Notes: a model not told the origin generated them from the sequence alone. DNA of 64,000 nucleotides from an uncultured Bacteroidales bacterium (GCA_947167635.1 CAMVIT010000003.1:26299-90298), one strand, 5' to 3'. Positions 28,694 to 38,867 are shown, counted from the first letter of the stretch. Numbers and translations: made by a program.

Positions 28694-29380
28694 ATGAGAC
28701 ACTCTTTTTTAACCTTATTATTCACATTGTCGGCGGTTTTTTGCTATGCACAGGACATTATTGTCACCACAGATGCCCGAAGGATAGAAGCCAAAATTCT
28801 GGAAGTTTCCGAGTCGGAAGTGAAATACAAGGAGCTCGACAATCTGGAAGGTCCGATTTACATATTGTCCACGCAAAGCATCGTGTCCATTATTTATGCC
28901 AACGGGAAGGTTACGCTATTTCAGGACTCCTCATCAGAAAAGGAGTATCAGCAGGAAACAACCCCGAGTCTTCTCACCCGTTTAGGTGAAACATACACCT
29001 ATATAGGTCATGCGATGAAAGGCGATGTTTATGCCAATTTCTTGAATGACCACTGTCCAAGAGCCTATGAAATATACCATAGTGGATACATAATCTCCTA
29101 TACCGGAATATGTTTGCTGTCTGCCGCGATCGGAATGGAATTGGGTACACTTATTGGTTGTGCCATTGCGGGAGGCAACCTCAACTATTCCATCCCTTAC
29201 ATGTATTGCGCCCTGGGGTTGTCTGTCGCCAGCATCCCCCTGTTGATTGTTGGATACAACAAAATGCATAAGAGTGTGGATGTCTTCAATCAAAAATGTG
29301 CCCTGGATGTCGATCATCGTCAAATCTACTGGAGCATTAACACAAATCGGCATGGTGTGGGATTGACACTGAACTTCTGA
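28694..29380 (+). CDS. membrane protein, unknown function
   Basis: 228 aa. Signal peptide ending FCYAQ. Two hydrophobic helices in the C-terminal half. No motif recognised. Confidence 0.65.
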   Translation: MRHSFLTLLFTLSAVFCYAQDIIVTTDARRIEAKILEVSESEVKYKELDNLEGPIYILSTQSIVSIIYANGKVTLFQDSSSEKEYQQETTPSLLTRLGETYTYIGHAMKGDVYANFLNDHCPRAYEIYHSGYIISYTGICLLSAAIGMELGTLIGCAIAGGNLNYSIPYMYCALGLSVASIPLLIVGYNKMHKSVDVFNQKCALDVDHRQIYWSINTNRHGVGLTLNF

Positions 29381-29466
29381 AACAGTTGATCTGTTTTTCC
29401 CTTGCCTCTTCCTCCCCTCCGCAGCCACTTTTTTTCAGGCCCCGTTTTTTGAAAGATAAAAAAGAC

Positions 29467-29474
29467 TATTTTTG
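29467..29474 (+). promoter_or_regulatory. -7 box TATTTTTG upstream of the giant T9SS cargo gene
   Basis: 28 nt before ATG 29503. Supports the shorter start. Confidence 0.55.
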
Positions 29475-29502
29475 CACTTTGAAAACACGGACGCCTCGAC
29501 TT

Positions 29503-32500
29503 ATGTTAAAGTTTTTCATAAGGTTGTTTTGGGCATCATTCTTGTTTTTGATGTTGCCATGGACCATGCAGGGCCAAAGTTTCCCTTATGTCGTTTCCGT
29601 ACAGACTGTTCAGGGCCTTTGTTATGACGATTCCCACATCATTGTCACCCTGACAGACAATAGCGGACATGTGGTGCAAATAGACCCGGAGACCCACAAT
29701 GCCGTGGACATGAACTCCTATCCGCTAAGCAATGTCCAATACTACTACCAAAACGTCACGGCCGGGACAACGCTGCAGTACAGTTATAGCAATGACATCA
29801 TAGTGCCCGCCGGAACCTATCTCGTTGGGGTTGTGGCCAATATTCCAGGCGCAAACGGCGTGTGGACAAACGTCGATGTCCCGTATGGGAATGTCGCGGT
29901 GACCACCCAATACAATCATCTTGAAGCCATGGTGTTAGATTTGGCCAATGCAAATGACCTTGGTCATGAAAGATGCGGTATGCACCCATCTCTATCGTGT
30001 GTTGCCTGTGGTCGTATTCAGTTGAAACTCGTCAATGGTCGTTTCCCCTATCACGTGGTCATTCTTGACGAACAAAATGATACGGTTAGGGATGTCACAT
30101 ATTCTCAACGGGTACAATCAGGTTCTAACGCTTCTTATGCGGATTTCAGGGATTATTACACATTTGATAGCATGGCTGTTGGAAATTACACCATATTCAT
30201 TTCCGATGCTTGTAACTATTCGGTGAGGTTGTCTGCAATCATTCCCGATGTTTCACCATGGGGTTACGAATTTTATTTCAATCCCAACAAGAAATGCGAG
30301 GAGAGCGACAACATACTTTTTTTTGCATTTTCAGTGCGAAACTCTGGAACTACTGGAAGTCTCAAAAACTATATGCATCCTTATTTGAGCAATACGATGC
30401 AATATTGTTTCGTGCATTCGGGACAAGACACAACAGCATGGCGACAGATGCAATTTAATGATTCTTACGATGGAGGAGGATGGATATATATATATGACAC
30501 ACTTGAATCCGGCCTTCGGGTTTGTGAAATTATGGACGACACCCTTCAATTCCTTATCAAGGACATGTGTTTGGACAGCGTCTTCGTGACCAAATGGCAT
30601 ATTGTTTCTGGCTTTTTTTTAAAAGACTCCATGAGGATCGTACCTTATAATGGCATTGAAACTCCAGATACCTGCTCAATACACGTATCAAATGGCATAT
30701 CCACCCAATCTTATCTCTTTTATGGTAATATAAACAACTCCTCAGGTTGGAATGTTTCCTATAGCGACCGTGTCATAACTGTTGCTTCGCGATACTATGG
30801 CTGTCCCCTGTTTTTTAATGCTTGGTCCCTTCCCGATTCCACCCTCTTGGCCCATGGCGAGTCCAATGATTTCAATGGATTCGGCGTTCCGATAAGTATT
30901 GCAGCAGACACGACATTATCTGTACATATCGCCATCAGCGACGTACATGACTGTGTTTTAGCCGAATTTGACACCACGCTCACCTTCCAGACGTCACAAG
31001 CAGAAGATATCGACTATTGGTGGGAGTGCGGACATTATGATACTCCTAACAATTGGTTCGTTTGTTGCGAAAATCGCTATATGTGGCTGCAAGAACATTT
31101 AGTGGAGGCGGATTCTTTCCGTAGAAACATGACCCTGCATCTCATTGAAAGCCCGCTATATAATCGATTCAACTTCACGGCAGTACGGCAGGACGGTGTA
31201 TGGACCGTGAACAATGACGATCCGAACAACACCTCCACTTCCGTGGAATTCTCTTACGAGGACGGTTGGCGAGCCACCATCCGAGATGCCGAATGTCTCT
31301 CCCCGGGTCGCTATGTGTTTGAAATACACAACGATTGTGGTGACACCATAATTTCATACCAATGGAATGGGTATTATACGGATTCTACATTTTTAGTCTC
31401 CACGCCTCAATACAACGCTTATCAAGTGTGCGACCAATTCGTGATTCCAACAAACGATGTTTCTATTGTTCGGAACTACTACTATATCTATCCAGACATT
31501 GACAACAACGTACCACAAATACAAACAAGTCAACCTCGTTATTACTTTACAGTAAGGGGCCATTCCAATAATGTTTTTTTTTATGTAGAATCATACGAAC
31601 CGTATATAATCCTCTCTCAACCTGGAGTTTACAGCATAGACTTGACCACAAATGCAGGATCCGATTGCTCTCGATTATTTTATAGCGATACTGTCTCCTT
31701 TACACAGACTTTCCTCAAATTTGATTTTGCAAATGCTTATATTTGTGATGTCTCAAGTTCAACGGGAATGGTCTTGGCACAAGCCATCAACGGCAACAAA
31801 CCTTATACCTTCAATCTTTATGACCAATGGAACGCCACCGGCAATGTCATCGCCACCAGCGACACCGGGTTTTTCAACAACGTCCCCATGATGGCGGGGC
31901 AGCATCTGTCCGTATTGGTAACGGATTCCTGCAACAACAGTTTCTCGGTCAACCTTACAGCGTCCGCACTGACACAAGAGAACCTGATTATGTCAGTGGG
32001 AGACTCCATACATTGCGAAGGGGATACCCTGCACTTGGAGGCAAAACAGTTCCCGTTCCCGACAAGCTACCAGTGGACGGGACCCAACGGATTCAGCGAC
32101 ACATCACGGGTTATTGATGTCCATATCCCCTACGGCAGCGAAAGTGGCTGGTATAGGGTGGACATCACGAACAGCTTGTGCGGGAACACCCTTTCCGACA
32201 GCATTTACATTACGGTGACACCCGCCCCGAGAGTGACTATCTTGGGGGACACGATTGTTTGTCCTGACAGGCAGATCATATTGGATTTCATTCCACATGG
32301 TACAGGAACCGTCAACTTCGACATTCTGCATTCCGACAACAATCTCCGTACACATTACTCTGTAGCCGCCGGAGACACGGTGCAACAAAGCCTGCAGATT
32401 CTTTCCAATATCGTTTTTTGGGCCGACAGCATCTTCGATGAAGCCTGCGCCTATCACTCTTTCATCGACAGCTTCCCTGTCTTGATGAGGGTGTTGGACT

Positions 32501-35304
32501 ATAATCCCACCCATGTTTACGACACGGTCTTGGAAAACAATCTGCCTTTTGGCATCTACGATACTGTTTTTCAAAATGCAGGTACTTACGAAATCACACT
32601 TTCCGACCAATTCGGCTGTGACAGTGCGGTATTTGTTCACCTTACCGTCCTCTATAATGTCACCGCAGTGGATGACTCCGTCGTGTGTTTCAGCGCGTTG
32701 CCATTGACATGGAACAACACGGTGTTCCGTGCAGACATGATGGACACCCTTGCGGGTTCAAGTGTTCCCATCATAACACACCCCGGTGTGCTTACAGCCT
32801 CCAATGGGGTGGACAGCACCGTGACGATGATCCTGTACGTCAACCCGACCTATGCCGTCACCGATACTTCGACCATCTGCGCTGACGAACTCCCCTACAT
32901 CTGGAACGGGGTCACCTTCACGGAGGCGGGCACCCATAGCACCACCCTCCAGAGTGTCAGCGACTGCGACTCCATAATCGCGATGACGCTGGTGGTCAAG
33001 CCGCTCTATGCCGTCACCGACACCGCAGTCATCTGCGCTGACGAGCTCCCCTACACCTGGAACGGGGTCGCCTTCACGGAGGCGGGCACCCAAAGCGCCA
33101 CCCTCCCGACCGTCTATGGCTGCGACTCCGTGGTGGCCATGACGCTGCTTGTCAACCAGACCTACTCCGTCACGGACACCGCCGTCATCTGCGCTGACGA
33201 GCTCCCCTACACCTGGAATGGCGTCACCTTCACGGAGGCGGGCATCCAGAGCGTTACCCTCCAGAGTGTCAGCGGCTGCGACTCCGTGGTGGCGATGACG
33301 CTGCTTGTCAACCCGACCTACTCCGTCACTGACACCGCGACCGTCTGCGCTGACGAGCTCCCCTACACTTGGAACGGGGTCACCTTCACGGAGGCGGGCA
33401 CCCAATATGTCACTCTTCCGACCATTGACGACTGCGACTCCGTGGTGGCCATGACACTGCTTGTCAACCCGACCTACTCTGTTACGGATACCGCTGTCAT
33501 CTGCGCCAACGAACTCCCCCTCATTTGGAACGGCGTCACCTTCACGGGGGCGGGCACTCGGAGCGCCACCCTCCCGACCGTGGACGGCTGCGACTCCGTG
33601 GTGGCGATGACACTCGTCGTGCTGCCCATGCCCGAATTTTACGACACCCTGCATTTGGTCCAGAATCAAATGCCGTATCATTTTCTGCCTAACGACACGA
33701 TACTGACGTTGAGTTCGACATTCATACAGTTCCAATACAGCCATCCTGCCGAGGGCTGCGACTCCATCTTCCACCAGACGGTCTTCGTACACTTGAACAC
33801 GACACAGCAGGTGGACACTGTGGTCTGTGCCGCATCGTTGCCGACCTCCTGGCACGGACATCTCTTTACTGGGAACGCCTCCTTCACCGACACGCTGCAA
33901 ACAGTGTTCCAAAGCGACAGCGTCGTGATGTACTCACTCACCGTCACAAACATCTCCGCTGACATCGGCAACATTGTCCATGTTGTCTGTTTCGGCGACT
34001 CCACGGGCTCCGCGTCCGCCACTGTTTCGGGCGGCAACGCGCCGTTGACCCTGCGGTGGACCAACGCGGCGAACACCCCAGTCTCTTCGACCGCCAGCCT
34101 TGGCGGCCAGCCGGCGGGATTCTATACCTTCACTGTCACCGACAACCTTGGTTGCTCCGCCTCCGACACGGTCACCCTCCGGAACCTGCATGCCACGATG
34201 GCACCGGGTGCGGTCTCCGAAGACCAGGACCTCTGCGAAGGCAACACGCCGGATCCCTTCCTCGGAACCCCGGCCTCCGGAGGCGCAGACGGCCACTATC
34301 AATGGCAAATAAACCTCAACGGCACAGAGTGGGTCGCCGCGCCCGGCACAAACAACGCCCAAAACTACACCTATCCCGATTCCGTCACGGGTTCATTCTC
34401 CCTGAGACGTGCCTGGATCAGCGCGGCATGCGGCATCGTGTTCAGCAATACCGTGACCATCAACGTGTGGATGAACCATCACGACACGGTTGAGGCCAAC
34501 GTCTGCCAAGACGAACCATTCCAGGATTTCGGTTTTGACATCGGGGCCGACGAGACTGATGAGGTCGGATTGCAGACGTTCACACAGCGCCTGCCTTCCT
34601 CCCATTGCGACAGCACCCTTACCCTCCTACTGACTGTCAACCCCAAATACGAAGCCCTCATCGAAGAAAATGTTTGCGAAGGAGACGGTTATTTCTTGAA
34701 CGGTTTTTCAGTGAACCATCAGGAAACCATGGGTGTGGACGAACTGACGCGCGAACTCACCTTGCAGAGCGCGTCCGGATGCGACAGCATTGTCAGACTC
34801 CACTTGTCTGTCATCGACACCTCCCTGCACATTGAGAGTTCCACCGACGATTTTTGTGAAAGACTGTCTGCAGAACTGATGGCTGTCACGGAGATGACGG
34901 ATTACCTCTGGAACACTGGCGAGACATCGCAAGAGATTACCGTAACACAGCCCGGTCTCTACAGGGTGACCGCCTATCAGGGACAATGCAACAGGACGGC
35001 CTCCTACCATGTGGAGACCTGCCACACCGACCTGCACTTGCCCAATTCCATCACCCCCGTCCATAGCAGCGGCCTCAACGACTACTTCTCCATTCCCGAA
35101 ATGTTCCAGCAGTCCATCCGCCGTTTCGAAATCCGCATCTACGACCGTTGGGGCGAGCTTGTCTTCCATTCCACTGACAAGAATTTCAAGTGGAGAGGAG
35201 AGTGTAAGGGGCAAATCCAACACAACAGCATTTTCAACTACATCATCCTGTTTACAGACAAAATGGGGAATCACCAGGTGAAGGGCTCCCTCTTGGTACT
35301 ATAG
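29503..35304 (+). CDS. giant cell-surface protein with T9SS type-B (gliding-motility-associated) C-terminal domain, SprB-like and 52-aa tandem repeats
   Basis: The ORF track entry starts at 29386. I use ATG 29503 (MLKFFIRLFWASFLFLMLPWTMQGQ), 29 nt after a TATTTTTG box. C-terminus 'LPNSITPVHSSGLNDYFSIPE...IRIYDRWGELVFHS...FKWRGE..' is the type-B CTD pattern. 'VVCFGDSTGSASATVSGGNAPLTLRW' is SprB-repeat-like. Five 52-aa repeats 'NPTY.VTDT..ICADELPY.WNGVTFTEAGT...TL....GCDSVVAMTLLV'. Confidence 0.85.
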   Translation: MLKFFIRLFWASFLFLMLPWTMQGQSFPYVVSVQTVQGLCYDDSHIIVTLTDNSGHVVQIDPETHNAVDMNSYPLSNVQYYYQNVTAGTTLQYSYSNDIIVPAGTYLVGVVANIPGANGVWTNVDVPYGNVAVTTQYNHLEAMVLDLANANDLGHERCGMHPSLSCVACGRIQLKLVNGRFPYHVVILDEQNDTVRDVTYSQRVQSGSNASYADFRDYYTFDSMAVGNYTIFISDACNYSVRLSAIIPDVSPWGYEFYFNPNKKCEESDNILFFAFSVRNSGTTGSLKNYMHPYLSNTMQYCFVHSGQDTTAWRQMQFNDSYDGGGWIYIYDTLESGLRVCEIMDDTLQFLIKDMCLDSVFVTKWHIVSGFFLKDSMRIVPYNGIETPDTCSIHVSNGISTQSYLFYGNINNSSGWNVSYSDRVITVASRYYGCPLFFNAWSLPDSTLLAHGESNDFNGFGVPISIAADTTLSVHIAISDVHDCVLAEFDTTLTFQTSQAEDIDYWWECGHYDTPNNWFVCCENRYMWLQEHLVEADSFRRNMTLHLIESPLYNRFNFTAVRQDGVWTVNNDDPNNTSTSVEFSYEDGWRATIRDAECLSPGRYVFEIHNDCGDTIISYQWNGYYTDSTFLVSTPQYNAYQVCDQFVIPTNDVSIVRNYYYIYPDIDNNVPQIQTSQPRYYFTVRGHSNNVFFYVESYEPYIILSQPGVYSIDLTTNAGSDCSRLFYSDTVSFTQTFLKFDFANAYICDVSSSTGMVLAQAINGNKPYTFNLYDQWNATGNVIATSDTGFFNNVPMMAGQHLSVLVTDSCNNSFSVNLTASALTQENLIMSVGDSIHCEGDTLHLEAKQFPFPTSYQWTGPNGFSDTSRVIDVHIPYGSESGWYRVDITNSLCGNTLSDSIYITVTPAPRVTILGDTIVCPDRQIILDFIPHGTGTVNFDILHSDNNLRTHYSVAAGDTVQQSLQILSNIVFWADSIFDEACAYHSFIDSFPVLMRVLDYNPTHVYDTVLENNLPFGIYDTVFQNAGTYEITLSDQFGCDSAVFVHLTVLYNVTAVDDSVVCFSALPLTWNNTVFRADMMDTLAGSSVPIITHPGVLTASNGVDSTVTMILYVNPTYAVTDTSTICADELPYIWNGVTFTEAGTHSTTLQSVSDCDSIIAMTLVVKPLYAVTDTAVICADELPYTWNGVAFTEAGTQSATLPTVYGCDSVVAMTLLVNQTYSVTDTAVICADELPYTWNGVTFTEAGIQSVTLQSVSGCDSVVAMTLLVNPTYSVTDTATVCADELPYTWNGVTFTEAGTQYVTLPTIDDCDSVVAMTLLVNPTYSVTDTAVICANELPLIWNGVTFTGAGTRSATLPTVDGCDSVVAMTLVVLPMPEFYDTLHLVQNQMPYHFLPNDTILTLSSTFIQFQYSHPAEGCDSIFHQTVFVHLNTTQQVDTVVCAASLPTSWHGHLFTGNASFTDTLQTVFQSDSVVMYSLTVTNISADIGNIVHVVCFGDSTGSASATVSGGNAPLTLRWTNAANTPVSSTASLGGQPAGFYTFTVTDNLGCSASDTVTLRNLHATMAPGAVSEDQDLCEGNTPDPFLGTPASGGADGHYQWQINLNGTEWVAAPGTNNAQNYTYPDSVTGSFSLRRAWISAACGIVFSNTVTINVWMNHHDTVEANVCQDEPFQDFGFDIGADETDEVGLQTFTQRLPSSHCDSTLTLLLTVNPKYEALIEENVCEGDGYFLNGFSVNHQETMGVDELTRELTLQSASGCDSIVRLHLSVIDTSLHIESSTDDFCERLSAELMAVTEMTDYLWNTGETSQEITVTQPGLYRVTAYQGQCNRTASYHVETCHTDLHLPNSITPVHSSGLNDYFSIPEMFQQSIRRFEIRIYDRWGELVFHSTDKNFKWRGECKGQIQHNSIFNYIILFTDKMGNHQVKGSLLVL
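32839..33618 (+). repeat. intragenic tandem repeat, 5 x 156 bp (52 aa) inside the giant T9SS cargo gene
   Basis: Unit starts GTCAA(C/G)CC at 32839, 32995, 33151, 33307 and 33463, exactly 156 bp apart. High DNA identity between units. Diverged copies flank on both sides. Confidence 0.92.
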
Positions 35305-35334
35305 GCGGAGACGTTGCGTATGACGGCTTTAGGA

Positions 35335-35375
35335 TAAAAAAAAGCAAAACAAGGAAGACCCTGTTTTGCTTTTTA
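35335..35375. terminator. bidirectional rho-independent terminator between the giant T9SS gene (+) and the GlsB-family gene (-)
   Basis: A-tract, then AGCAAAACA-(10-nt loop)-TGTTTTGCT, then TTTT. Confidence 0.8.
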
Positions 35376-35401
35376 TGTTCTCATTCCTGTATAAAGGCCT
35401 G

Positions 35402-35650
35402 TTATTTCTTTTTCAACAGAGAAATAACCAACAGGAGCAGGCATGCGCCGATGACGCCGACGATGATTTGCCAAACAATGCCACCGCCGGTGTTGACATG
35501 CAACAGGTTCATGACAAAGCTGCCGATGAAGCTGCCGATAACGCCAATGATGATGTTCCACAGCAGTCCGAAGCCGCCGCCACGCATGATGTTGCCGGCC
35601 AACCAGCCTATCACTGCGCCTAATACTAAGGAAATAATAATACCAACCAT
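35402..35650 (-). CDS. GlsB/YeaQ/YmgE-family stress-response membrane protein
   Basis: 82 aa. 'MVGIIISLVLGAVIGWLAGNIMRGGGFGLLWNIIIGVIGSFIG' is the typical transglycosylase-associated family sequence. Confidence 0.85.
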   Translation of the reverse strand: MVGIIISLVLGAVIGWLAGNIMRGGGFGLLWNIIIGVIGSFIGSFVMNLLHVNTGGGIVWQIIVGVIGACLLLLVISLLKKK

Positions 35651-35737
35651 AATTTTAATGTTTTGGATTAATGATGAATTGAACGCGCAAACTTACTAAA
35701 TTTTTGCCCACGATGCACTGTTTTGGCGATTTTTTTT

Positions 35738-36514
35738 CTAACACTGACAATCCAACACGGGAAATCGCTTTCTCAAAGGGGTGAGAAGATGAAGGGGCAA
35801 TGTGCCCACAAGGATCTGCTCGCAATCGGGGCGGGCGGCGGCCAGCATGTTTCCTTCGGGATCGAATAGGGCAGTGCCGCCACGATGTTCGTGCCCGTTG
35901 CCATCACGACCGATGCGGTTGACCACGGCCACATACGCCTGGTTTTCGATGGCGCGGGCGGCGGCCAACTTCAACAACGCTTCCTCGCGCGGTGCCGGGA
36001 AATTGGCGGCATACAACAAGAGATCATAATCAGGTCTCCCCTCAGTACGGCGGTTGCGACTCCATTCCGGAAAACGCACGTCGAAGCAGATCAAAGGCAG
36101 AAAACGGTATCCAAAAGCCTCCACGACAGTGCGCTGCTCACCTGGCGTACACTGCTCGCGCTCCTCGCCAAAGAAGAGATGACGCTTGTCGTAAGTGCCA
36201 CGCACACCTTCGGGCGAGATCCAGAAGAGGCGGTTGAAAAGGCGCGAACCCTCCAGCACGGGCAGGGTGGCCACCAGATGACATTTGTACTGCAGGGCGA
36301 TCTTCTGGAGGAAAGCGCGCGACTTGCCGCCATCAGACAGGGCGTATTGCCGCATGTCTGGACCGAAACCGCAGGAAAACATCTCGGGAAAGACCAACAA
36401 ATCCACCTGACGGGACAGTTGCTGTTGCAACAGCGCCTCATAGTGAAGGAGATTCTCCTCCACCGCACCAGGTCTAATGTCCGACTGCACCAATCCTAAA
36501 GTCACCATATTCAA
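35738..36514 (-). CDS. carbon-nitrogen hydrolase (omega-amidase YafV-like)
   Basis: 258 aa. E-K-C triad context: 'LLVFPEMF', 'YDKRHLF', 'LICFDVRFPEW'. Confidence 0.85.
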   Translation of the reverse strand: MNMVTLGLVQSDIRPGAVEENLLHYEALLQQQLSRQVDLLVFPEMFSCGFGPDMRQYALSDGGKSRAFLQKIALQYKCHLVATLPVLEGSRLFNRLFWISPEGVRGTYDKRHLFFGEEREQCTPGEQRTVVEAFGYRFLPLICFDVRFPEWSRNRRTEGRPDYDLLLYAANFPAPREEALLKLAAARAIENQAYVAVVNRIGRDGNGHEHRGGTALFDPEGNMLAAARPDCEQILVGTLPLHLLTPLRKRFPVLDCQC

Positions 36515-36554
36515 AGACTGATTTACAAATCACCATTCATTGATCATCAAATAC

Positions 36555-36580
36555 AAAAAAAAACCCCGATTTCGTCGGGG
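36555..36580 (-). terminator. rho-independent terminator after tRNA-Phe
   Basis: On the minus strand: CCCCGA-CGAAA-TCGGGG followed by T9, starting 5 nt after the tRNA 3' end. Confidence 0.85.
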
Positions 36581-36585
36581 CTTTG

Positions 36586-36658
<73 letters not shown>

Positions 36659-36676
36659 ATCTCAGTTTTGAGGCTG

Positions 36677-36684
36677 CAAAAATA
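36677..36684 (-). promoter_or_regulatory. -7 box TATTTTTG (TATTTTTGCAGC) upstream of tRNA-Phe
   Basis: Minus-strand match, 18 nt upstream of the mature tRNA 5' end (36658). Confidence 0.6.
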
Positions 36685-36778
36685 CACTTTTTTTTTAAAT
36701 TCAACTATCTCGTATTAATTTTTTTAAATCATTGATTATTAATAGGATTTATTCAAAAAAGTGTTTGTTGCATCTTTT

Positions 36779-38494
36779 TTACCGAGCGATAAGATCCGTT
36801 TTTTCCAGAAATTCTGTACAATCTTCAAAGGTGGCGAAGGTGTGCTCCTTCGGGACTACAGCGGGGATGACGTTCATCTTGGTAAGCATATACATAGGCT
36901 GCGGCTGGATGATGGTCATCAATACGATGATGCCCTTGGCCTGCAAGTCCTTGATGGCCGTCTCCATCGCATAGAGGCCAGACTGATCCATAAAACTGAC
37001 TAAGCGCATCCGGATAATCACAATCTTGACATTGTCGGGCACATCGTGCATCACCTCTTGGAAACGGGTGATGGAGCCGAAGAAGATGGGTCCGTTGAGG
37101 CGCTGGATGTAGATCTGGTGCTTGGTCTCTTCCGAAAGTCCGTGCTCGTCTTTCCATGGCAACTCCTTGTCGAACTGGTTGATTTCGCCCGACTGGTAGC
37201 CGCTCTCCACCAGGTCGCTGGCGCGTTTCATAAAGAGCACGCAGGCGATGATCATTCCGATACCCACGGCGATAAGCAAATCCACGAAGACGGTGAGCAG
37301 CAACACGGTGACGAGCACCACGGCGTCGGCGCGCGGGATGTTGGGCAGGTCTTTCAGCCCCTTGAAGTCGATGATGCCGACCCCCACGGTGATGAGGATG
37401 CCCGACAGCACGGAGAGCGGCACATATTTGACAAAACGGCCAAGTCCGAGCAGGATGGCGAGCAGGAAGAGGGCATGGACGATGCCCGACAGACGGGTGC
37501 GCCCGCCGCTTTTCACGTTGACCACCGTGCGCATCGTGGCGCCCGCGCCGCCAATGCCCGCGAACAGACCCGCAAACATATTGCCGATACCCTGACCGAT
37601 CAATTCCTTGTTGCTGTTATGTTTGGTCTTGGTGATGTTGTCGGCCACCACGGAGGTGAGCAGTGTGTCGATGGAACCGAGACCCGCCAAGGTGAGTGCC
37701 GGGATGACGGCCGCCTTCAAGACCGCGCCCCACTGGATGCCCGCCAAGGAGACCTTCGTGAAAACAGGAAGCGGAAAGCCGGACGGTATCTCCCCGATGG
37801 TCAGGTTGGAGTTGAAATCCTTGACAAACAAGGATATGACGGTCACCACAATCAATGCCACCAAGGTGGCGGGTACCTTCTTCGTAATCAGCGGAAAAAG
37901 GTAGATGATGGCGATGGTGGCCAGCCCGAAAATCAAAGCGTACAGGTCGAAGCCCCCGATGCGAGACGGGAACTGCGTGATCATATCCACGATGAGCACC
38001 GGCGACTTCATCCCGAACAGCGGATAGATCTGCTGCAGGATGATGATGATGCCGATACCGCTCATAAAGCCCGACAGGACAGGGTAGGGGATGTAGCGGA
38101 TGTATTTGCCAATTTTCAGGATGCCGAAGAGGATCTGGAAAACGCCGCAGAGCATTCCCGCCACCGACATGGTGACGAGCACCGTTTCGATGGAGTGGGC
38201 GCCCCCCGCCGACCAGATGCCGGAGATGAGCGTGGCGGTGATGACTGTCATCGGTCCCGTGGGGCCGCTGATTTGCGACGGCGTGCCCCCGAACAGGGAG
38301 GCGAAAAATCCGACCATAATGGCGCCCACCAAGCCCGCCAAGGCTCCGATGGCCCCGATGTTGGGGATGTCTTGCACGTCAATCACGCCAAAGGCCTGGA
38401 TACCGAAAGCCAAAGCCAATGGCAAAGCCACAATGCCGGCGGTGATGCCGCCAAAAATGTCCCCTTTCAAATTAGTAAATTGTCTTTTTTCCAT
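36779..38494 (-). CDS. SulP-family inorganic anion transporter with C-terminal STAS domain
   Basis: 571 aa. 'GDIFGGITAGIVALPLALAFG', many TM segments, and a C-terminal STAS 'IVIIRMRLVSFMDQSGLYAMETAIKDLQAKGIIVLM'. Confidence 0.92.
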   Translation of the reverse strand: MEKRQFTNLKGDIFGGITAGIVALPLALAFGIQAFGVIDVQDIPNIGAIGALAGLVGAIMVGFFASLFGGTPSQISGPTGPMTVITATLISGIWSAGGAHSIETVLVTMSVAGMLCGVFQILFGILKIGKYIRYIPYPVLSGFMSGIGIIIILQQIYPLFGMKSPVLIVDMITQFPSRIGGFDLYALIFGLATIAIIYLFPLITKKVPATLVALIVVTVISLFVKDFNSNLTIGEIPSGFPLPVFTKVSLAGIQWGAVLKAAVIPALTLAGLGSIDTLLTSVVADNITKTKHNSNKELIGQGIGNMFAGLFAGIGGAGATMRTVVNVKSGGRTRLSGIVHALFLLAILLGLGRFVKYVPLSVLSGILITVGVGIIDFKGLKDLPNIPRADAVVLVTVLLLTVFVDLLIAVGIGMIIACVLFMKRASDLVESGYQSGEINQFDKELPWKDEHGLSEETKHQIYIQRLNGPIFFGSITRFQEVMHDVPDNVKIVIIRMRLVSFMDQSGLYAMETAIKDLQAKGIIVLMTIIQPQPMYMLTKMNVIPAVVPKEHTFATFEDCTEFLEKTDLIAR

Positions 38495-38867
38495 GATTAT
38501 AATAATGTTTAGTCTATGACAAAATTTGAAATTTTTAATATAAATTATTTATATTCAATAAGTTATTAACAAATTTTGTTGGTAACATTTTTGTTTTATT
38601 CTTGATAAAATGATTGATATCCAATATTTTATAAGGAAAACCACATTTTTTTCTTCCATGAGTATCTATTACGGCAGCAAAAATAACGAATTATCCGACA
38701 TCTTGAGCTTCTTTTTAAAAAAACATCAAGCTATTGCGCATCAAGCTTATATCGTTGTTTATCATGGTTCAGCATCTTTTTTTTGATTTGGGCGTGCCGG
38801 CGCGGCGGCGAAGCGAGCAACCCACAACCTCGTCTCTTTGTCCGCACACCCGTGCGGACACCCCATA

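Noticed and set aside
32758-33912. A 384-aa antisense ORF across the 156-bp repeats, and the idea that the repeats form a diversity-generating retroelement target/template pair.
   Set aside because: The antisense ORF is a repeat artefact (G/D/R/V-rich). No reverse transcriptase gene or adenine-specific mutation pattern is visible. The differences between units are not restricted to A positions.
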